A stretch of DNA of 63,962 bases, filler included, from Thelocarpon superellum (lineage: Eukaryota), in NCBI GenBank assembly GCA_026025795.1. It is 4 parts of 4 records of this genome, joined end to end, with 100 filler letters (N's around TTAATTAATTAA, not from the genome) between each part and the next. Parts side by side here need not be neighbours in the genome. Positions count along the whole stretch, not along the records: positions 52,022 to 63,962 come from JAPEUG010000494.1; 3 more parts are not named here. The stretch is one strand, 5' to 3'. A model generated the notes under the pieces. It had not been told where the DNA came from. It saw only the letters and a program-made list of their open reading frames with translations, and ran no database searches. Shown here in pieces: positions 53,370 through 63,962 of the stretch; position 1 is the stretch's first letter; the number at the start of each line of letters is the position of its first letter. Position numbers and translations under genes: made by a program.

Positions 53370-54002
53370 CTAACGATCACGAAGCGAAAGAAACGCGGAA
53401 TGGGTCGTCTCTCTCCTCCGGGTCAGCGACACAAGGAAACAGCCCCCAGTCTGCCCATGAAGCATTCCGGCCGTGACCGGTAGTACTAAGTCGGCCGGGG
53501 TATGCCTGACTGAGGTCATTGAAGCTGTAGGAAACGATTGAAACGATCAGCTGTTACGGTACGCTCGCCCCATCCGCACACACGTGAAGGGTGATGGGTG
53601 AAGGGTGAAGGGTGAAGGGGCTTACGCATCCGACAACTCCAGCGCCGTGGCAGTGTGATCGTGATAGACCCATAAGAATGCGGTGCGATTCATACTCGAG
53701 GACTCGTAGTTAAGCGTGGCGTTTCCGTCCAGGGCGAAAGGCCGCAGCTGAGCAGGCTGCGTGCCGTTCTCCTTCTCCCGCCAGCAGGGCAGGACGTTAT
53801 CCAGAAGCAAATGCGAGGCCACCACGCAGTCCGTGGCATTGACGGTGCAGCTTTGATCGCCGTAGGCTGGGCTACAGGATTTACTCCCCTCAAAGCGACT
53901 CACGTTATGAACGTAGGGAGGAGATTGAGCTTGACTTTGTGCATGCGCGGCCGAGGATAAGAGAAGGCTCGCTGATGCGACGAGCTGGAGAGCGTACATC
54001 AT
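53370..54002 (-). CDS. Small secreted Cys-containing protein (effector-like), probably 2 exons; 3' end tentative
   Basis: Signal-peptide-like MMYALQLVASASLLLSSAAHA; four Cys in exon 1 and several N-glycosylation sequons; TATAAATA about 115 bp upstream. The ORF's apparent stop lies within a GTAAGC donor, and a CTGAT...CAG acceptor gives an in-frame second exon to about 53370. Confidence 0.65.
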
Positions 54003-54032
54003 CGTTGCTGTGGCAAGCGGCGAAAATTGACA

Positions 54033-54072
54033 GGAAAGGAAAGGAAAGGAAAGGAAAGGAGAGGAGAGGAAA
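54033..54072 (+). repeat. (GGAAA/GGAGA)n microsatellite in the leader of the secreted-protein gene
   Basis: About 8 pentamer units. Confidence 0.85.
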
Positions 54073-54868
54073 AGCTTGCACGGGAACCGGACGAGGATGG
54101 CTCGGTCGACTTTTATTTATATGCGAGCTCTGGTGGTGTTCTTGAAGTCGACTAGCTATGACTATCTTGTTGGGCCGGTAAAAGCGTACGGCATTGCTGG
54201 CAAAGCAAACAGCAAGAGACAAGCGTATGAGACACACCACCTCAGGATATCCGACACGCGGCTCGCTAAGTTCTTCGTACTTCGTACTTTTGGTTGGTGG
54301 TGACGTCGATTACTAGACTGTTAGTAACGTGGTCTACCGCCTCGTCTCGGACGAATCGTAGCGCGACCGGTGCGTCAGGGTCCGACTCTCCGTTGGCGCA
54401 ACCTTACCCGGAAGTTCCGTGCTCCTGGTGCCCCACGAGAAATTGGCACCAAACCACACACCCCGCGCTTACCGGGCTCGCCACCCGCATCTCGATGGTC
54501 GGTTGCATCTGTGAAGAAAGTCGTACAAGCGCGAGCGGGAGCATTCGTGTCTCGTGGTCTACGTCACGCCTTGATATCTGTTCTCACGTTCGGGACATGG
54601 TTTCTTCTTGTGGGCGGTATCTACTCGTCCAACTTGACGAAAAGCGCCCCTGCCGACACCTCGTACGAGTATCGCACGTAACTGACCCCTCTGGATGTCG
54701 GGTGGCAACTCCAGCCTCGAATGAACCCCGCGGGTATCCTACTGTACAGTTTCACTCCTCTATGCACGCTACCTTGGAAGGAAAATGGGTCCTCTCCCCT
54801 CTCGATCCTGAACATGGTGTCATCTGTAATAATTCTTGCCTCGATGCACCATCTATCTGCCTGCCTGC

Positions 54869-55982
54869 TCAGACCTCCTGGCAGACAAGGTTAAATTTCT
54901 TCGTGCCTGGTGGAGCAGCCACCGTGCCAGCGGCAGCCGTGCTCGTGGTGACAGCGACAGCGGCGGCGGTTGCTGTCGCAATTGCCGTCGTTGTCTGTGT
55001 TGGGGTAGCAGCAGCCTCGGTCGAGGCAGCGGCGGTATCGGTCAGAGCTGTGGCTGCTTCCGTGCTGGCTGCCGGGCTGGTGGCTACCTCCGTGGGTGCT
55101 GTCACGCTAGTCGTGGTCTCGGTGGTAGCGGTCGAGGAAGCGACCGCACTGGTCGCAGGGGCACTGGTCGCAGGTGCACTTGATGCCGCCGCGCTGCTAG
55201 CCGTCCCGTTGGTAGCTGCGCCGCCAGCGGCCGCCGCACCGAAAGTGAAGGACTGAGTCGCGTCGCCAGCTTTGCAAGGAGCCTCGTCGAGGACACTGCC
55301 GGTGTCGGCAAAGCAGGTTCCAGGCGTGTTCTCAGGGGTCAAGCTGAGGGGCCCCTCCCCACCCGCGAAGGGGAAGAGCTGCGAGTTGGTGACCTGGCCG
55401 CCTAAGCCACCGATCAGCACCAGGCAGCAGCATCATCTGTCGTGATGATACATACTCCCGTCGGCACGTCCGCCACAAGAGAACGTGGACACCGTCTTCC
55501 CAGGCGCCTTGCGTGGATCAAAGTTCATGCACGCTTGCGTCTGAGTCGAGACCGTCAGTCGTGGACGGGAGATGCCAGGCTCTACCACGTACCAGGGTGT
55601 TGACAACCAGCATCGCTCCCGCAACATTGTTATGGACTCCTTGGGTGATGATGTCCCACTGTTGTCCAGTGCTGCCATCGCAGTTAGCCACCTGGATTGG
55701 GTTCAGGTTGGCGCGAAAGTCTCCGGACAACTCGTCGACGAAGAGGCATTGGCCATTCGAGGTCTGACGAAGCATTTGTTAGCCCCCTTACCTCCCGGCT
55801 TTGAAAGGTCGACCAACCTTGATTGGAATACTGGAAAAGGCCCGAGTGGCCGTGTTGTCGCGAGGATGAGCCTCAGCAAAAGCGGCTTGGTTGAGCGAGG
55901 TCACGTCTCTCTTGGAGAAGTGCGGGCGGGCAGACGTGATTGCCACACTGGCAAGCAGGATCGTCGAGATCGTCACCAGCAT
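54869..55982 (-). CDS. Secreted ricin-B (beta-trefoil) lectin-like protein with Thr/Ala-rich tail, 4 exons
   Basis: Signal peptide plus KR site; GQCLFVD, NCDGSTGQQWDII (QxW), QACMNFDPR, FSCGGRADG, SQLF, QSFTF; three in-frame GT-AG introns; TATA-like tract at about 56212. Confidence 0.82.
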
Positions 55983-57020
55983 GATGAAGTGGTTCTGACG
56001 TAGACGACAGGGAATGACAGACAAGGGAGATCAGCGTGTCGCGGGCAACAGCAGGGATGATGACGTGCAAGGTGCAAAAGAGTGGAATCCTGGTCAACAG
56101 GAGCTGCGAAGAGAAGTATGTACGAAAGTGAATGGAAGCGAAGCCAAAGGAGTGGAAATGTTGCCCAAGGTAAAGAACCAAACTCTACACCCATCGTGGC
56201 GACCAGAAGAGATATATATTATGGTCGGAAGGCAAGAGGCAGCAAGCAAAAAGCTGAAGACGCGATGTTCCCGCGCGTGGAGAGCGACAAACAGGCCGAG
56301 CCGAATAGGAGGGAATTGTCCAGGGGTGCGCGACACGCCAATGCGAGACATTACCATCGTCAGACGATCCGCTTCCACCACCCACCGTCCACCACCCACC
56401 GTCCACCACGCATCATCCACCACCCACGTGCCGCCGGTGAAATTTCAAGTACCACGCTCCTCTCCTCATTTCACGTTTATGAATCCAATGATTTCACGTG
56501 GGCCAGTGAGTCGTCGTGCATATTCTCCGGCGCATCCTGTGTGAAGTAGAGACAAGAACAACAGCTCGCGCTTATTATGGGATGACCCGCTACAACTCTT
56601 TGGGGCCAAAGATATTTCTCATTGTCCTGCAGAATGCTAAACCGCGAGACGCCCTGGCGCCTCCTGTGCTGCATGAACGACTGGTAGAACCACTGACCCA
56701 GCTTTCGGTAGAGCTGGTCCTGGACGGAGAATGGCCTGGCTGGAAGTAAATGGTGACGGTAATGATTGGTAGTCGGGTGTAGTTGGAGCCCAACATTAGT
56801 TCCGTCGCCGGCCAGAACCTTACCGCCCAAGGGTCCTAAATCCCATTGACACATTCTTCGCTCCAACACTTTGCCGCGCGTTGCCTATTCCTTGAATTCC
56901 GAAACCCCCTCACTTTCAAGGATGAGTAATAAACGATTAAGCGGAATCGAAATATTGCTCGACCGCTATCACTCGTACTTCTCCTCTGCTGCGGTGCGGG
57001 TAATCGGACGGCACTCGTTA

Positions 57021-57077
57021 GAGCGACTGGTGCTAGGGGTGCTTCGTGGTACCAACCTCCCCCAGCACCGGTCGCTC
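57021..57077. repeat. Imperfect inverted repeat with 19-bp arms downstream of the aldehyde dehydrogenase
   Basis: GAGCGACTGGTGCTAGGGG...CCCCCAGCACCGGTCGCTC, 17 of 19 Watson-Crick pairs. Confidence 0.8.
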
Positions 57078-57212
57078 GAAGCTGTAACACACTAAAAGGC
57101 ACTTCCTGCGGATTGCTTATTGTTGCTGCTACCCATGCCCCGCGCCACGACTGGACTGGAAAGTATTTCGAATCGATCACGTTCCCGCCGGCCTGGATCC
57201 AGGGGGATGAAT

Positions 57213-58727
57213 TTACAGTGGAGTGAAGACGGAGGGCACGGTGTCGCTCATATCGACAAGGATGCTCTTGGTACGGGTCCACGCTTCAAGACCCTGCCGG
57301 CCATTCTCCACGCCGAGGCCACTCTGCTTCCAACCGCCCACACTCATCTCGGCCGGACTCTCACCCCACGTGTTGATCCAGGTAATGCCCGCATGCAGAC
57401 GGGCAATTGTCTTGTGCGCAAGTCCTACGTCCTTGGTGAAGACGCCGGCCGCGAGGCCTAAAGGGGTGTCATTGGCTCGGGCGATCGCTTCATCGACGGT
57501 GGCATAGGTCAGGATGGAGAGCACGGGGCCAAATATCTCGTCCTGTACAATCTTCATCTCGTCCGTGCAATTGGTGAAGACGGTCGGCCGGACCCAGTAG
57601 CCCTGACTGAACCGTGACGCCACCTCAGGCTTGCCAAGGCCACCATATAACAATGTCGCCCCGTCCACTTCAATCCCATGTTGAATGTATTGAATCACTT
57701 TCCTGTAGTGTGACTCTGAGCTCAGCGGGCCGAAGTTTGTGGTTTCATGCATGGGATCTCCCACTCGGATGTTGGGCATCTTCTCCAACAGACGCTGCTC
57801 AAAGGCCGCGACCATGTCTCGTGGGACAAAGACTCTCGTGCCGTTGGTGCAGACCTGGCCCGTGCTGAAGAAGTTGGCCATCATCGCGCCATCCACCGCC
57901 TGATCCAGGTCGGCACCAGGCAGGATGATGAGGGGCGATTTCCCACCCAGCTCCATCACCGCGGATTTCATCCCTGCACCGGCCGAGGCCGCCACCTTCT
58001 TCCCCGTCGCCACTTGACCAGTGAAAGATACCTTGGCGATGCCCGGATGCGCTGTCAGGTAGGCACCGACCGAGCCCTCGCCATAGACCACGTTGAAGCC
58101 GCCGGGGGGCACACCCGCCTCGAGATAGACCTCAGCCAGGAGCTGGGCATGCAGGGGCGTGCACTCGGATGGCTTGTAAACCATGGTGTTGCCCGCGGCC
58201 AGGCACGGGGCCGATTTCCAGAGCGCGATCTGGATGGGATAATTCCAGGCGCCGATGCCCGCGCAGACGCCAAGGGCCTCTTTCCGGGTATAGACCCAAG
58301 CGTGCTCTCGTAGCTGTGTCGTCTCCCCACTCAGGCCGCCCCCGCCAACTAGGTTGGCATAGAACTCGAGCACGTCGGCGCCCGTGGGTAGGTCGACGGC
58401 GGAGGTCTCGGAAAAGGGCTTCCCCGTATCCTCAGTTTCGACGACGGCGAGCTCGTCATTGCGTTGCCGAAGCAGCTGCACCGCTTTCAACAAGATCCGA
58501 GAGCGAACCACGGGCGGCGTGGCCGACCACGCTGAAAAGGCATCGGTTGCCTTCTTAATGGCGGCATCCACGTCGGCCGGGGAGCTTGGTGAAGGCTCGG
58601 GAAGCGGTGCCGCTGTTGCGGGATTGACATTGTGCGGCATCATCGGGCGGTGAGAGGATCGCCGGTTCGCCGGATCACCCCTCCAATAACTCAGAGCATG
58701 ATCTGACGCGGGGGAACGCCAGGGCAT
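57213..58727 (-). CDS. Betaine aldehyde dehydrogenase-like (BetB/ALDH9 type), intronless
   Basis: [34 protein letters not shown], catalytic MELGGKSP and [28 protein letters not shown]. Confidence 0.92.
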   Translation of the reverse strand: MPWRSPASDHALSYWRGDPANRRSSHRPMMPHNVNPATAAPLPEPSPSSPADVDAAIKKATDAFSAWSATPPVVRSRILLKAVQLLRQRNDELAVVETEDTGKPFSETSAVDLPTGADVLEFYANLVGGGGLSGETTQLREHAWVYTRKEALGVCAGIGAWNYPIQIALWKSAPCLAAGNTMVYKPSECTPLHAQLLAEVYLEAGVPPGGFNVVYGEGSVGAYLTAHPGIAKVSFTGQVATGKKVAASAGAGMKSAVMELGGKSPLIILPGADLDQAVDGAMMANFFSTGQVCTNGTRVFVPRDMVAAFEQRLLEKMPNIRVGDPMHETTNFGPLSSESHYRKVIQYIQHGIEVDGATLLYGGLGKPEVASRFSQGYWVRPTVFTNCTDEMKIVQDEIFGPVLSILTYATVDEAIARANDTPLGLAAGVFTKDVGLAHKTIARLHAGITWINTWGESPAEMSVGGWKQSGLGVENGRQGLEAWTRTKSILVDMSDTVPSVFTPL

Positions 58728-59010
58728 TGGCGAGCACCGAGGAGCTGTCCCCCATATCCAAAGCTCGTTTAATTGGTTGGTGCGGATCGGAAAAACGCAT
58801 CGCCCTAGATCAATACTATTGATAGGATTAGGTCAGCAGCATTGTCTCGTCCGCCATCCGCACGAGCCCGGTCGTTTGTTTACATGCGTGCGCAGTAGAT
58901 CGCCTCCAAACACACCGAGCCAGAGGCATGTTGCAACCCTGCTGAAAGGAATCCATCCAACGCAGAATCAAACTGCGCCAAATTCAACCATACAAGCCGG
59001 TACTGCCAAG

Positions 59011-61104
59011 ATGCAGCGGGTTTTCGAGATCGCCCAGGCGCTGTCGCCGCTGTCCTCCGCGCAGCTTAACCTCAAGTCGACCCCGACTCCACAACAGGAC
59101 GGAGGCAAGCGACCCAATTCCAACGATGCATCACCTTGCGCAACCCACCACATTCCGACGGACAAAAGGATCGAAGGAAGCGGATCCCCGGGCGACACCA
59201 ATGACCCACCCAGCTCGCCCTTTGTCGCCGATCTGGTCGATCGACGCAGCCCGTCGCCGGTCAAGCCGCGTAGCCCACGGAAGGCACAGTCGCCTAAGAG
59301 AGCCCTGGTTCATGAGGCTCGCGAGATCTCTCCGTCCAAGTGCTCTGATCGGACGTTCATGTCTGTGGAAGGCGATCACGCCGGTCTCGCGGAAGCAGTC
59401 CAACTCGCCGAGGCGGACGACAGTGTCATCTTCCACGACGCGCTGGAGCGCGACGAAGGGATGACGATGCATGAGGACACGGGCTTCGCGGGAATGGACG
59501 ATACCGCCTTCAGCACCTTCTCCGCCGTGCCGAATGTTGACATGACCGAATTCGCGCACGCGGGAGCCGCTCGGTCCGACGAACCGATGAACAGCCCGGC
59601 GAAGCAGCTACGCATGGAACAATACGCGCGTAGCAGCAACGGGCCGGCTGGAGACAACATGACGCCCCGAGTGGGCCACAGCCATCCCGATCCCAACTTC
59701 TCACCCTCGTCGCCCACCCCACGGCGCCTGCGAGGCACCCTCGACGGCGGCGATACGACTAATCTGATCCTCGATTTTACCGAGCAATTCAACGCCGTCG
59801 CGACCTCCATCCACACCCGAGTCTCACCATCTCGTCCAGGACGCAACCGATCGCAAGCACAGTCCGAGCGTGGCGTGACACTGTCGCCCTCCAAGCGCGG
59901 GTTGCCATCCGCCACGCCGGCCGACCGTCGGGGCTTCGCGAATCTTCTGGATTTTGAGATCACCCCGGCGCCTACCCCACGGTCCTTGCCCACCATCACT
60001 GTCCGTGAGCTCGAGTCGCTCAAATCCGAATACCTCTCGCAGATCTCCTCCCTCAAGGCGGGCCTCAGCGGCAAGGAGGCGGAGATCAAGAGCTTGAAAG
60101 ATGCCATTGGAGACGCCGAGCGTCGCGTTGGGGTGGCGCAAGAGGAGGTACGGGCGCAGCGCGGGGCTCGGGAAGGCCTGGAAGCCGACCGGGACGGCTG
60201 GGAGCGACGAGGCCGCGAGATGGAGAGCGTGATGAGGAACGTCAAGGAGGAGATGATTCGGCGTGACCGGGAAAAGGATGAGCTGGTGGGAAAGCTCGAG
60301 GAGACTGAACGACGACGGGAGGAAGCCGAGACAAAGGCCGCGGAAGCCGAGAGCCGCGTCGCTGGCATGCGTGCCGGCTCGGCCTCGACGCCCGATGCCA
60401 ATGGCACCAATGGCGCCAACAGCGGAGAGGTCGGGGTCGCGGTGGAAAAGGTGGCACGTGAGCTCCACGCCCTTTACAAGTCCAAGCACGAGACCAAAGT
60501 GGCGGCCTTGAAGAAGAGCTATGAGGGACGGTGGGAGAAGCGCGTGAAGGAGCTCGAACGACAGGTCGAGGAGGCCAACAAGGAGAACGAGGAGCTGCGG
60601 ATTGGGAAGGATGCGACCATGTCTGGTGTGGTGCCGGGAACTCTCATCCCGGGTGCCTTGCAGGCGTCACCCACCGACCGAGGACGAGAGGTCCAGGACG
60701 TGGAGGAACAGAAGGCCAAGATCTGTGGTCTGGAGGAAGAAGTGGCCAGCGTGCGGCGCGATCACCAACATATCTTGCGTGAGCTGGAACAAGAACGGGT
60801 GGAGAAAGGCGACCTGGTGGCGGCGGTGGAAGAGATGCTGGCCATGTCGGCCGCCGCGAATGCGGGCGACGTGGAAGCCTCCAACGATCTCGCCAATCTG
60901 CGGGGCAGCATCTCCCGCGCCTCCGGCATCATGGCCCCGCGCTTCTCCTCGAGCATCGGGAGTGGTGAGAGCAAGGTCGGCCGGATCCCCGTCCATAGTG
61001 GGCGGAGTCAAGCCAGGACCAGGAACGGGAGCGACGCCGAGGCGCCACGAGGGGGCGGGATCATGAGTAACATCGAGCGGATGGGACGGGGACGGATTGA
61101 GTAA
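59011..61104 (+). CDS. Fungal TACC / Slk19-like coiled-coil spindle-associated protein, intronless
   Basis: First in-frame ATG at 59011; SP/TP-rich N-half, long coiled coil, signature VEKVARELHALYKSKHETKVAALKKSYEGRW. Confidence 0.8.
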   Translation: MQRVFEIAQALSPLSSAQLNLKSTPTPQQDGGKRPNSNDASPCATHHIPTDKRIEGSGSPGDTNDPPSSPFVADLVDRRSPSPVKPRSPRKAQSPKRALVHEAREISPSKCSDRTFMSVEGDHAGLAEAVQLAEADDSVIFHDALERDEGMTMHEDTGFAGMDDTAFSTFSAVPNVDMTEFAHAGAARSDEPMNSPAKQLRMEQYARSSNGPAGDNMTPRVGHSHPDPNFSPSSPTPRRLRGTLDGGDTTNLILDFTEQFNAVATSIHTRVSPSRPGRNRSQAQSERGVTLSPSKRGLPSATPADRRGFANLLDFEITPAPTPRSLPTITVRELESLKSEYLSQISSLKAGLSGKEAEIKSLKDAIGDAERRVGVAQEEVRAQRGAREGLEADRDGWERRGREMESVMRNVKEEMIRRDREKDELVGKLEETERRREEAETKAAEAESRVAGMRAGSASTPDANGTNGANSGEVGVAVEKVARELHALYKSKHETKVAALKKSYEGRWEKRVKELERQVEEANKENEELRIGKDATMSGVVPGTLIPGALQASPTDRGREVQDVEEQKAKICGLEEEVASVRRDHQHILRELEQERVEKGDLVAAVEEMLAMSAAANAGDVEASNDLANLRGSISRASGIMAPRFSSSIGSGESKVGRIPVHSGRSQARTRNGSDAEAPRGGGIMSNIERMGRGRIE

Positions 61105-61991
61105 GAGATGCGGGTTAATGCTTCCCCCGAGGCGATCAGTCTGGTCTGCTAGGCGTTGATGTTCCTTTGCAATGACCACCAATGCAAACATGTGCCTGTT
61201 TGTACATTGGATTGAGCGGCCAGCGTCTACGCGGCGGGCCAGGAGCAGCTGCAGATTTGCCGTAGCCAGTCGAAACGGCCATGGTTGAGACACTTACCGC
61301 CGCTGGTCGTAGTGCTTCGTGCTGCAACCAAAGTACCCCAGCGGCACTTGTCACTGCTACCAGTAGAAGCAGCAGTAGCAAGTGCTGCTGGGGAGCCAAA
61401 TGTCTTGCCACATGCAAGTCCACTGTTGTGTCTTGTACAGGATCGCTTGGTAAGGATGTTGTGGCTGCGCAATCCATCGAGTCGATCATGGAAGAGCTGG
61501 TGAGTGCTGCTGCCTAAGCTGGGTCCGTGCCGACGCCACCAGAATTCTGGCGTAGACCTCTACTGGCCGCCCCGTCCCCAGGCGCTCGACGAGTTTCCAT
61601 GCAGCGTGGGAGCTACGACGCCTTGCGCCTTGCGATATGACATCCCACGTCCACCGGCGAGGCTCGACCTTTCGCTCGCGAGGAGTGGTGGGGTGCCTGT
61701 GGGGCAGTGCATGCATGGGCCGCGCCCGACTGGCTGCGAAAGCGACTCCGACGCTCCTGCTAAGCGCCCAGCCTCGTGAAGCAGAGAGCAGTCGGATTCT
61801 CCGATGCTCTGTTTTCATCTTGCTTGTGAGTCTCAACACACTGATTTCCTTGCTGGGCTTCAAAAGGATCTATGGTCTGCTTGATTTGTTCCCAAGTCTT
61901 GCTGCAAATCCGCACGGTGGAGCCGTCTCGACCGGTTAACGCGCGGATTGTCCATCCTCTATCCGGGTGTTGAACTTCACGACCCTTCCCA

Positions 61992-63883
61992 ATGGATCCG
62001 ATATCCGCGGCAGGCATCGCACTGAGCGTGGCATCGCTGGCGTTCCAAGCGTTTCAAGGCTGTATCCAAGGTCTTCCTTGCCCGAGTCCGGCAACCGAGC
62101 TTCCTCAGCTGACCAAGGGCCAGGCTACCAATTCCTTCAAACGGCCAAAGGGATGCCCGAGGGCTTGCGGGCGCACATGCTGAGCCTCGAGATACAGGAG
62201 GACCGTCTCATCTCGTGGAGTGAGGTGGTGGGGTTGACGGACCAAAGCGGACCCACGCATCACGGCAGGCTTCGCATGAATCCGCGACTGTTCATCGAGG
62301 TCCTGTGCGAGATTCGATTCGTCCTCGAGCAATTTGGAAGGGCCCCGAGTAAGGACTCGTCCTCCAGGGTGCAGAGGACTGCGTTGGTACCGGGATCCAT
62401 CCGGCGAACAAATCCCGACGTCGGCGATCGGGCGGACCCCGAGAGCCAGCTACGTCGAGGATGGCGAGCCGCCACCAAAAGGCAATGGCTCAACGCTGTT
62501 CAAAGTACGTCGACCGTGCCACGACAACTGAAGTGGGCCATGGTCGATCAAAAGGAGTTCGACCGCCTCCTGAGCCGACTCACCCAACTCAACGACGTCA
62601 TGTGGCACTTCATGACGGATACGCAACTGCGTGAGGTTCAAGGGCTGCAGGAGCAGACGCTCATGGAGATGCTGCAGCTCAGCCAATCCGTGAAGGAGAT
62701 CAGGCAACTGGTCCGCTCGCTGCATCTGGGTCTGCTGCCGGCACCGGGTGAGATGGAGAACCCGGCGTTGCTGCATGCTCCGTACACTGTTCGTGACTGG
62801 CAGCGGAAAGAGCAAGAGAAAATCGCCGAATTGGCCAAGTTCAAGTTGTTGAATCTCCATGTCGACAACGAGGCGGAACGAGCAAGGACTCTCCTGAGAC
62901 GCGATCGGATTACCTTTGACATGGGCCAGCACGGTCCGTCCGACGAGCGACGGACCGAGGCCATGTACAAAGAGGATGACGGCTCCGAACGGCACGTCTG
63001 GATCGAATGGAAGGAGTACCAAGGGTCCGCCGGTCACCGCGAACCCCACGCCGACCTCGTCTCTGAGCGCGTGCAGCACTTGGTGGGGCTTCTCCAGCAC
63101 GAGAAGCCCGATAGCTTTCATGCACCACATTGTCTTGGGTACTTCATCGACTGTGACGTTGGTTATGGAGAAGGAGCCCGTCGGTTCGGCTTTGTCTTTG
63201 ACAAGCCCCGCGACGTGGATCCGCGCACGGCGCCGCTCTCGCTGCTGGATCTGCTACAGACGGAGAAGCCCTCGTTGACGGCACGCATGCGCCTGGCGAA
63301 GACGGTGGCCAACTGTATCCTCTATCTCCATTCGGTCAACTGGCTTCACAAGGGCCTGCGAAGTCACAACATCGTCTTCTATCATCCCTCCATCAACGAC
63401 CCCTATCTCTCCGGCTTCGACTACGCGCGGCCTGCCCAACGCGAAGATCTAACTGAGAGGCCGCCGGAGAACCCCGTCTTCGACGTCTATAGACATCCCG
63501 ATGCCCTCGGCGACCCTCGCGAGGATGGGTCACGCAATGCGTTCCGCAAATCTTACGACATTTACAGTCTGGGCATCGTCCTCCTCGAGATTGCGACGTG
63601 GCGCCGCATCGACCACATCATGGGCTTGCCCGACCTGGCCCGGGCGAAACCACCCCAAACCAAAGCGATCCGGCGCCAACTGCTGAGCGAGCCGCATCAC
63701 CTGAGCCAGGTCGAGGCCGACGCTGGAAGAATCTTTCGCGACGTAGTGCACGTGTGTCTACAAGCCGCAGAAGGATTGGGGATTGGACCGACCCCGGACG
63801 AGACGACGAAAGAGGTGGCCGCGGACCTGCAGGAGGCGTTCATCAAGCGCGTCGTAGAGCCGCTGAATGGGCTGAATCTCTAG
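61992..63883 (+). CDS. HeLo (prion-inhibition) domain plus C-terminal kinase-like domain protein, 2 exons
   Basis: Exon 1 MDPISAAGIALSVASLAFQAFQGCIQG, intron about 62071-62123, then LEIQEDRLISWSEVVGL and LKWAMVDQKEFDRLLSRLTQLNDVM (HeLo); kinase fold YLHSVNWLHKGLRSHNIVF, LSGFDYARP, YRHPD, DIYSLGIVLLEIATW. Confidence 0.88.
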
Positions 63884-63962
63884 TGTAGCGCGCGCGGGGC
63901 ACTCGGCCATCAATTTCCGCCATCACCGCGACACTGGATAGCATTGATCGGGGCTCCCGGCC

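Noticed and set aside
61136..61517. Cys-rich or hydrophobic short ORFs between the TACC-like gene and the HeLo-kinase as a partner or amyloid-signal peptide
   Set aside because: No convincing start or signal peptide and no G/N/Q-rich amyloid motif; reading frames conflict.

Overview
GC-rich filamentous ascomycete (Pezizomycotina) DNA with short spliceosomal introns. The window is not one locus. Three identical 100-nt spacers (44 N + TTAATTAATTAA + 44 N) join four contigs, and the two complete ones are 17,256 and 17,187 bp, which suggests size-sorted concatenation. Contig 1 (1-17278): partial membrane protein, SDR, ARH1, MTC6, SEC62, a conserved coiled-coil protein, a PH-domain protein and a BSP-family metallopeptidase-like protein. 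Contig 2 (17379-34634): dense housekeeping block of BRF1 (partial), MUS81, HIR3, a ChAPs exomer subunit, SSF1, RRP3 and RIB5 (partial). Contig 3 (34735-51921): CHS7, an alpha/beta-hydrolase and a Pho85-type (Clg1-like) cyclin preceded by about 7.3 kb without recognisable genes and a uORF-tiled leader. Contig 4 (52022-63962) looks more accessory: two secreted proteins, an intronless BetB-like aldehyde dehydrogenase, a fungal TACC/Slk19-like protein and a HeLo-pseudokinase (MLKL-like architecture). Best leads: the HeLo-pseudokinase, the cyclin leader (uORF chain, TAATG stop-start overlap, AUG-less in-frame extension), recurrent TAGTA/GTAC palindromes upstream of genes, and frequent relaxed 5' splice sites. 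No tRNA, rRNA, CRISPR or intact transposon was recognised. Family calls and exon structures come from manual reading and motif recall, not database searches.
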